DNA of 64,000 nt, from NCBI GenBank assembly GCA_044376115.1, contig JBILLK010000001.1, forward strand, positions 64,001-128,000. The letters run 5' to 3'. The position numbers were made by a program, and so were the translations under genes. Source of the stretch: Polyangiaceae bacterium. Its GTDB lineage: Bacteria > Myxococcota_A > Polyangia > Polyangiales > Polyangiaceae. Each line of letters begins with the position of its first letter. Position 1 is the stretch's first letter. Shown here piece after piece: positions 58,587-64,000 of this stretch. The notes beneath the pieces were generated by a model. The model ran no database searches, had not been told where the DNA came from, and worked only from the letters and a program-made list of their open reading frames with translations.

Positions 58587-59411
58587 TTACTTGTCCTTCT
58601 TGTAGGCGGCAAGAACTTGGGCAAACGTCTCATCGCTCGCTTCAGTAAGTGACTGAATGCCGATCTCCGAACAGACAGCCTTGCCGTCGCCGCTGCAAAG
58701 CGAGGAAAGGCTCTTCTTGAAGCCCGTCTTGTCAGCCGCGGAGGCAGTGGGGAAAGCCACGATGACCATCGGCGGAAGCTTTTCACTCTTCCAAACGGTC
58801 TTCAGGTCTTTGCCACCGTCGATCGAGGCTAGCTCCGCGAAAACGGCGTCATCCACCAAAGCGCACTTGGCCTCGTCTTTGGTCACCATCTTCGCGCCCT
58901 GAAGCGGCCGCTTGGTGGCCTCCACGGTAAAGTCCGCGAGTTTCCAGGCTCCACCGCTGATGACCTTGTCGACGAAGCGAGGATCATCCGCCCAATCGGT
59001 GGCGAGCTTCGCTCCTTTGCATCCAGCGATGTCGCTCGCCGACTTGCTCACGACGAAATACTGCTGCCCGCCCGCGCGAGATACCTGCACCTGACCGATC
59101 GCCTCGAGCTTCTGCGGATCCTTCAAGGCCAGATAAGCCGAGAGACCGAGCAGGCCATACGACGGTTTATCCGCGGTAATCGACTTCTCCGCCGCCTTGC
59201 GCTCCGTGAAGTAGGTGCCCTTGGCGGCCGACCAGCCGTTCTTCTCCTGGGCGATCTTCACGAACTTATCGACGTAAGGCTGGGCCTGCGCCGCGCTACC
59301 GACGCCGTGCTCCTTGAGAATCAGGATGCCCACTTCGTTGCCGGCTTCACCTGAGTCAGAGACGGTGAGAAGAAGAGCTGCGGCTGCGACGGGAACCAAG
59401 CGACCAAGCAT
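58587..59411 (-). CDS. PhnD/SsuA-fold periplasmic binding protein (BstB-like)
   Basis: Signal peptide; YFVVSK..DI..KG.KLA, LKTVWKSEKLP..IVA typical of the PhnD fold; GGAGG SD. Confidence 0.75.
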   Translation of the reverse strand: MLGRLVPVAAAALLLTVSDSGEAGNEVGILILKEHGVGSAAQAQPYVDKFVKIAQEKNGWSAAKGTYFTERKAAEKSITADKPSYGLLGLSAYLALKDPQKLEAIGQVQVSRAGGQQYFVVSKSASDIAGCKGAKLATDWADDPRFVDKVISGGAWKLADFTVEATKRPLQGAKMVTKDEAKCALVDDAVFAELASIDGGKDLKTVWKSEKLPPMVIVAFPTASAADKTGFKKSLSSLCSGDGKAVCSEIGIQSLTEASDETFAQVLAAYKKDK

Positions 59412-59520
59412 GGAAATAACCTCCGGCGGGGTTGGACGAGACCAACGAGGAAATACTGCAAACGAATCTGCACGGGCCGTTTCTACAGGGGTGACCGTTT
59501 CCTACGAAAGCTCAGGCGAT

Positions 59521-60741
59521 TCAAGGTCCAGAGCCGATGCGGGCCTGGAGAGCCTGGCCACGCGGGTCATTTGGCCAGCTTTCGGCGAACTTTCGGGCGT
59601 GATGCTCCGCCTCGGCTCGCGCACCGTACCGCAACGTGAGCAGCGCGAGATTGTACCGAGCATCAGGAGAGTTGGGACGTATCGCCAGCGCCCGTAGATA
59701 CGCTTGCCGCGACTCGTTGTAGTTGCCAGTGCGATCGAACACGAGAGCCCGGTTGTAGACGGCGTCGGCGTCGTTCGGGTTGGAGGCGATCAGCCGGTCG
59801 AGAAGGACGCCCGCAGGCTCGAGCTGGCCCGCGATGATTTGCAGGGCGGCCAGCAGCAATTCGGCGCCCCGGCCAGCACCGAGCTCCACGGCACGGGTCG
59901 CATGCTGCAACGCAGCCACCGAATCCCCTCGTTGGCTTGCGGTAAGAGCGGCCGCGTAGCTGATCCAACCATCGTCGCCAGCACCCCACGCTTGGAGGGC
60001 CGCATCGGCTTCGTCGGTGCGCTTGCCCAACGCAAACGCGAGCGCCTTCGCACGATTGATGCGGCGGTCTTGGGTTCCATCGCATCCCGACGCCTGCGCG
60101 AGCTCCTCCAGCGCGCTCGCAAAGCGGTCCCGCGACAACGCCGTCTCCGCGCGAACGGTACGGCAGTAGCAATGGTTCGGCTCGGCTGCGACGCACGCTG
60201 CGGTAAGCGGCTCACTTCGCGGCCCACCTTCGACTTCGTCCTTGAGCGCTTCCAACGCACGCGGGTTGGCCGGTGCCCGCGCGAGCAAGCTCCGCCATTG
60301 CTCGGCCTCCGAGGCGATCAACGTCGCAGAGTCGCGAAAGGAGAATAAGCCGAGCGCGATGGTGAGGATCGCAGCCCCCATCCGCTTGTTCTTGAAATTG
60401 GATCCGAGGTGAGCGCCAGCAAGCGTCGCCAAGGTCGAGGCCAGCGCAGCCCAAACGAAGGGAGCCACACCGTAGTAGGCCGAAAGCAACGGCTTCGAGC
60501 TGTTCTGCGCACCAACCAGCAGGGCAACCAGCGCCGCTGCATCCAGAACGGCCGCCAACTTGGACTCAAAGCCGAAGTAGTGACGCGCAAAGCGATACAC
60601 GAGTAGCGCCAGCACCAAAATGACGGCAACGCCTACCAAGCCGATGAGGACCGAGCCTGACGCAGTCGGTTCCGGAGAAAGGGCGGGCGGATAAAGAACC
60701 AGCCCCAAGAGCCAGGCGACTCGAACGAAAAACTCGATCAT
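59521..60741 (-). CDS. Membrane protein with C-terminal TPR repeats
   Basis: About 5 TM then NPNDADAVYNRA, RPNSPDARYNLA TPRs; ATGA overlap with the upstream gene. Confidence 0.82.
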   Translation of the reverse strand: MIEFFVRVAWLLGLVLYPPALSPEPTASGSVLIGLVGVAVILVLALLVYRFARHYFGFESKLAAVLDAAALVALLVGAQNSSKPLLSAYYGVAPFVWAALASTLATLAGAHLGSNFKNKRMGAAILTIALGLFSFRDSATLIASEAEQWRSLLARAPANPRALEALKDEVEGGPRSEPLTAACVAAEPNHCYCRTVRAETALSRDRFASALEELAQASGCDGTQDRRINRAKALAFALGKRTDEADAALQAWGAGDDGWISYAAALTASQRGDSVAALQHATRAVELGAGRGAELLLAALQIIAGQLEPAGVLLDRLIASNPNDADAVYNRALVFDRTGNYNESRQAYLRALAIRPNSPDARYNLALLTLRYGARAEAEHHARKFAESWPNDPRGQALQARIGSGP

Positions 60742-61973
60742 TCGACGAGGCAGCAAAAGGTGGTCGGGTCCGAGGGAACAGCAGCCCCTGAGGCAACCGC
60801 ACCACCGGCCGTAACTGGACAGTTACCTCCCGAGGGAGCCTGACTCACCGACGCGGAGCGACCCGCTACGGTTGGATTTCCCGTCAGATTCTGACACTGC
60901 CCGCTGTCCACGGTGTTGTCTGTCGGCAGCGGGGTCGTACAGCTACCGTCGCTGAAAAGCGCCAAACTCAGCTGGCAAGAACCGCCCGTAGCAGCGCCGC
61001 AACTGCACTCGCTGCACTCTCGGTTGTCGCTGATTCCGACATAGGAGAGCGTCTTCTGTGGATAACCCCCTGGGCACGCCTGATCGCCAACCTTTGCGAC
61101 GCAGGCTCGAGCCTCAAAGGGAGCTGGCCAGCGGGGCACGCATTTCTCAGTGCCTTCACAGCCCGATAGCGCGTCTGCACGGCAAGCCTTTCTCGCGCTG
61201 GTAAACGTTGGAACGCCACCGATCTGTTCGCCGCCACCAGCAACACAGGTCCCGTTGACCGGACGCGCCGTTGCGGCTTCAACCGCTGTATTGCAAGCAT
61301 TTCCAGAGCAGGTTGCACCCCCCGGTGCCGTATTCAAGGCAGTGCACGAGCCGTCCCACGAGGCGGGGATATTGAGCTCCGCTTGGGGCGCCGTTGCAGC
61401 CATTCCACATGCGGTGTTCTTGGTTCGTGCGCCCTGAAGGCCCGAAGCGCCGGAGTTGAAGTCGTTGAGTTCGCAGGCCGCCCATTGCGGCGAGCCGCAG
61501 CTGCAGTTTGAGCAGCTGGAGATGGTGTTGATCAGGTCCCCATTGCCGGTATGGACCTGGGACGACGTTCCCTCTGGGCAGTCGGGATCGTTGTTCGCCG
61601 ACCCTGCGTAGAGCGCGACAAGTCCAAACGTCCCCCAACCGACGGGAATGGCTGGCACACACTCGAGATCGGCCGTGCAGTCAGGATCCTCACAATCGGA
61701 GAGGCCGTCTTCGTCTTCATCGCCTGCAACAAAACAGTCTTCTGAGGGCGCCATACCGCCCATTCCGCCAAGGCCACCCAGTCCACCTTGACCACCCACT
61801 CCGCCGGCTCCGCCGCCACCCGTCGTTGCAGCTCCGCCGCCCGCAGTTCCGCCGCTCCCTGCGATGCCCCCTCCACCATTTTGGTCGAAGGTGTAGTCGG
61901 GAAACAGGCACCCGCAGAGCAATACCGAGCCCAAGAGCAATGGCGACGCGTGCATCAACACTCTGGAGCGCAT
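60738..61973 (-). CDS. Cys-rich lipoprotein
   Basis: LCGC lipobox, Gly linker, DEDEDGLSDCEDPDC, C..C.C motifs, terminal TFCC. Confidence 0.85.
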   Translation of the reverse strand: MRSRVLMHASPLLLGSVLLCGCLFPDYTFDQNGGGGIAGSGGTAGGGAATTGGGGAGGVGGQGGLGGLGGMGGMAPSEDCFVAGDEDEDGLSDCEDPDCTADLECVPAIPVGWGTFGLVALYAGSANNDPDCPEGTSSQVHTGNGDLINTISSCSNCSCGSPQWAACELNDFNSGASGLQGARTKNTACGMAATAPQAELNIPASWDGSCTALNTAPGGATCSGNACNTAVEAATARPVNGTCVAGGGEQIGGVPTFTSARKACRADALSGCEGTEKCVPRWPAPFEARACVAKVGDQACPGGYPQKTLSYVGISDNRECSECSCGAATGGSCQLSLALFSDGSCTTPLPTDNTVDSGQCQNLTGNPTVAGRSASVSQAPSGGNCPVTAGGAVASGAAVPSDPTTFCCLVE

Positions 61974-61992
61974 TCGTTTGAGGCTATCACGA

Positions 61993-62973
61993 TCAGGACC
62001 ACGAAAATTCCACCGACGACCAGGAAAGCCCGGACCCGACCACCACGCAAGCCACCCTATCGCCCGGTTGATAGCTATCCCAGTGCTGGCTCATCACCAC
62101 CGGCGCGCCCGCTGCAGCTTGATTGCCATACTCGACGATATTGAATTGATGGCGGTCCGGTCGAACCTCGCAACGACGGACCACCGCCTCCAGCATCGTG
62201 AGGTTGGCCTGATGCCCGACGTAGATCACCTCTCCGCTTCGGTCGCCGGCGCGCTTCTGAATCTGCGACAAGAGCTCGCTCATTCGTTTGATCGCAAACT
62301 TCTGCACCGCAGAGCCGTTCTGGTGGAAGTGGCCGAGGCGGGGAATGACGACATCGTCGGCTCCGGAAGGCGCACCACCAAACGTCGTAAAGGTCGCAGC
62401 CACGCGAGAGACGTGCTTCGTCGAAACAACCGCGGCGGCCGTTGCATCGCCAAACAAGATCGCGCTCGAACGGTCTGAAAAGTCGGTGATCCGCGTGGTG
62501 TTCTCGGGCACGACCAAGAGCACCCAATCCGGGAGGGACATCCCCAGCTGACCGGCGAAGTGGATTTGCGCACCAAAGGTCGAACAGGCTGAGGAGAGGT
62601 CGAAGCACGGCACCTCAATCCCGAGCGCCTTGGCAATGCTGCTCGCCTCGGCGGGGATGCAGGTATCCGGCGAGCAGTCCCCCGCGATGACCATGCCAAT
62701 ATCGGCGGCCTTTAGTCCTGCGCGCGCTAGGGCCAACTCAGCGGCTCGCTTGCCGGTTTCAGCATTGGAGTAGAGCCGAGCCTCCTGCGCTCCACGGAGG
62801 TCCTTGTTCTTCGTGGTCCGAATGTAGTCGAGCGGTAAGACGGTACGGCGGTTCTTGATACCAACTCGCGAGACGATCCAATCGCTGTCCGTACCAATAT
62901 CGAGAGACTCCAAGAACGCGTTGTCGATCTGGTTCTCGGGATGAAAGTGGCCAAGCCCGTGGAGGTAGAGCAT
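61993..62973 (-). CDS. fabH: 3-oxoacyl-ACP synthase III family
   Basis: DWI..RVGI..RR, DLSSACS, LFGDA, HQAN, YGN triad motifs. Confidence 0.9.
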   Translation of the reverse strand: MLYLHGLGHFHPENQIDNAFLESLDIGTDSDWIVSRVGIKNRRTVLPLDYIRTTKNKDLRGAQEARLYSNAETGKRAAELALARAGLKAADIGMVIAGDCSPDTCIPAEASSIAKALGIEVPCFDLSSACSTFGAQIHFAGQLGMSLPDWVLLVVPENTTRITDFSDRSSAILFGDATAAAVVSTKHVSRVAATFTTFGGAPSGADDVVIPRLGHFHQNGSAVQKFAIKRMSELLSQIQKRAGDRSGEVIYVGHQANLTMLEAVVRRCEVRPDRHQFNIVEYGNQAAAGAPVVMSQHWDSYQPGDRVACVVVGSGLSWSSVEFSWS

Positions 62974-63024
62974 CGCCTCAGGGTCCCTACTACAAACTGC
63001 TTCGTCAGCCCAAGAACCAGTCGA

Positions 63025-63053
63025 TTGACGCAGCGAGTCGCCCCGAACAACCT
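63025..63053 (+). promoter_or_regulatory. Candidate sigma70 promoter for a leaderless HAD gene
   Basis: TTGACG-N17-CAACCT-N7-GTG. Confidence 0.55.
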
Positions 63054-63060
63054 TGCGATT

Positions 63061-63834
63061 GTGTCCGCCACCGTCGCATCGCTCGTGCAGGCCCTGGAAG
63101 TCGCTCGGCTTGAGTTGGGCACAAACGCCACGCTCGTATTTGACGCGGATGGCACCCTTTGGTCAGGAGACGTCGGCGTCGACCTGTTCTCCGCAGCAAT
63201 GGAGCGGGGCGCCATTCGTGAGCTCGCCGTGCCGCAACTGAAGGCGGAGGCAAAGGCCGCTGGCGTCGATCCCAATCTGCCTACAGCTGACCTGGCCCGC
63301 GCCTTGTTGCGCGCCAACGAACTCGGTCAGTACGAAAACGCTCGTGCGTTTGCCATGATGGCCTGGGTTTTCGCCGGGTACAGCGAGCAGGAAATGTTGC
63401 AGTTCGCAGAAGAGGTCGTGCTCGATGTGCGGCTCAGCGAGCGCGCCTTCGACTATGCACGCACCGTCATCGCGTGGGCCCGCAGTCGCGAAGTCGCAGT
63501 CAAGATCTGCTCCGCGTCACCGCGCTCGATCGTTGAGGTCGGAGCGCGAATCTTCGGTCTCACAGCCGATGACGTCATCGGCGTTACGCCCGCAGTTATC
63601 AACGGCGTACTCACGCCGGAGCTGGTCCCAGGCCCCCTGCCGTACGCAGAGGGGAAAGTCGCCCGCCTTCGCGAACGTCTGCCCGAGGCGCAGTTACTCG
63701 GCGGCTTCGGGGATAGCCTGGCCGACTTGCACTTTCTTGAGCTGTGCGCGGTGCCGGTCGCAGTCAAACCAGCCGCCGGCTTGCGCAAGGTTGTCGCGAG
63801 CACCCCACGAATGTTGCTGATTGACGGGGACTGA
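63061..63834 (+). CDS. HAD-family (IB-like) phosphatase
   Basis: FDADGTLW, ICSAS, GK, GDSLADL. Confidence 0.88.
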   Translation: MSATVASLVQALEVARLELGTNATLVFDADGTLWSGDVGVDLFSAAMERGAIRELAVPQLKAEAKAAGVDPNLPTADLARALLRANELGQYENARAFAMMAWVFAGYSEQEMLQFAEEVVLDVRLSERAFDYARTVIAWARSREVAVKICSASPRSIVEVGARIFGLTADDVIGVTPAVINGVLTPELVPGPLPYAEGKVARLRERLPEAQLLGGFGDSLADLHFLELCAVPVAVKPAAGLRKVVASTPRMLLIDGD

Positions 63835-63887
63835 CCGCCACCGGCCCCAATCTTGGCCAGATGGTGAACCGCTGGTAGAGCAGCGCC

Positions 63888-64000
63888 GTGTCCTACCTGC
63901 AGCTCCGAGGCGTCAATAAACGGTTCGACGGCACGCAGCGTGCGGCGGTCTCGGCCCTCGACTTGAGCGTGGACCAGGGTGAGGTGGTGGTCCTCGTGGG
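63888..64000 (+). CDS. ABC transporter ATP-binding protein, N-terminus (3' truncated)
   Basis: Translates to (M)SYLQLRGVNKRFDGTQRAAVSALDLSVDQGEVVVLV, the typical lead-in to Walker A. Confidence 0.8.
   Translation, partial: MSYLQLRGVNKRFDGTQRAAVSALDLSVDQGEVVVLV

Noticed and set aside
58587..59411. Phosphonate ABC uptake system
   Set aside because: No phnC/phnE adjacent; the context is an RND plus a lipoprotein

Overview
A GC-rich, gene-dense bacterial window that looks like Myxococcota, probably Polyangiaceae/Sorangium-like. This is inferred from Cys-rich DUF4215-type lipoproteins, Hanks kinases, PEGA/TPR and GYF_2 proteins. It holds about 55 CDS and one tRNA-Gln(UUG); I saw no mobile element or CRISPR array. 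Recognisable loci: a lipoprotein barnase-type RNase plus barstar, gpmI, an ECF sigma next to sdhCAB, fadL-dsbA-exonuclease, folK, and a redox block (gshB, ggt-like, msrPQ, sodB, ZAS anti-sigma with a SigH/SigR-like sigma). Also present are pspA and a lipid block (sterol desaturase-family gene, GDPD, GT21 with GtrA, fabH, and an RND + TPR lipoprotein + PhnD-fold trio matching the BstABC sterol-transport layout). Most unusual: (1) several intact ORFs encoding apparent pseudo-enzymes at 25-44 kb, namely a TIG-PDZ-NuoH fusion lacking the acidic loop, an HtrA-like protein without its His, a PPDK-like protein with catalytic His replaced by Glu next to pspA, a dead class III cyclase fold and a degenerate GGT; (2) a recurring -10 hexamer 6-7 nt upstream of start codons lacking an SD, suggesting widespread leaderless mRNAs; (3) a +1 frameshift in G/C homopolymers that separates a lipoprotein signal from an MBL hydrolase. 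All family calls come from motif recognition by eye; no searches were run.
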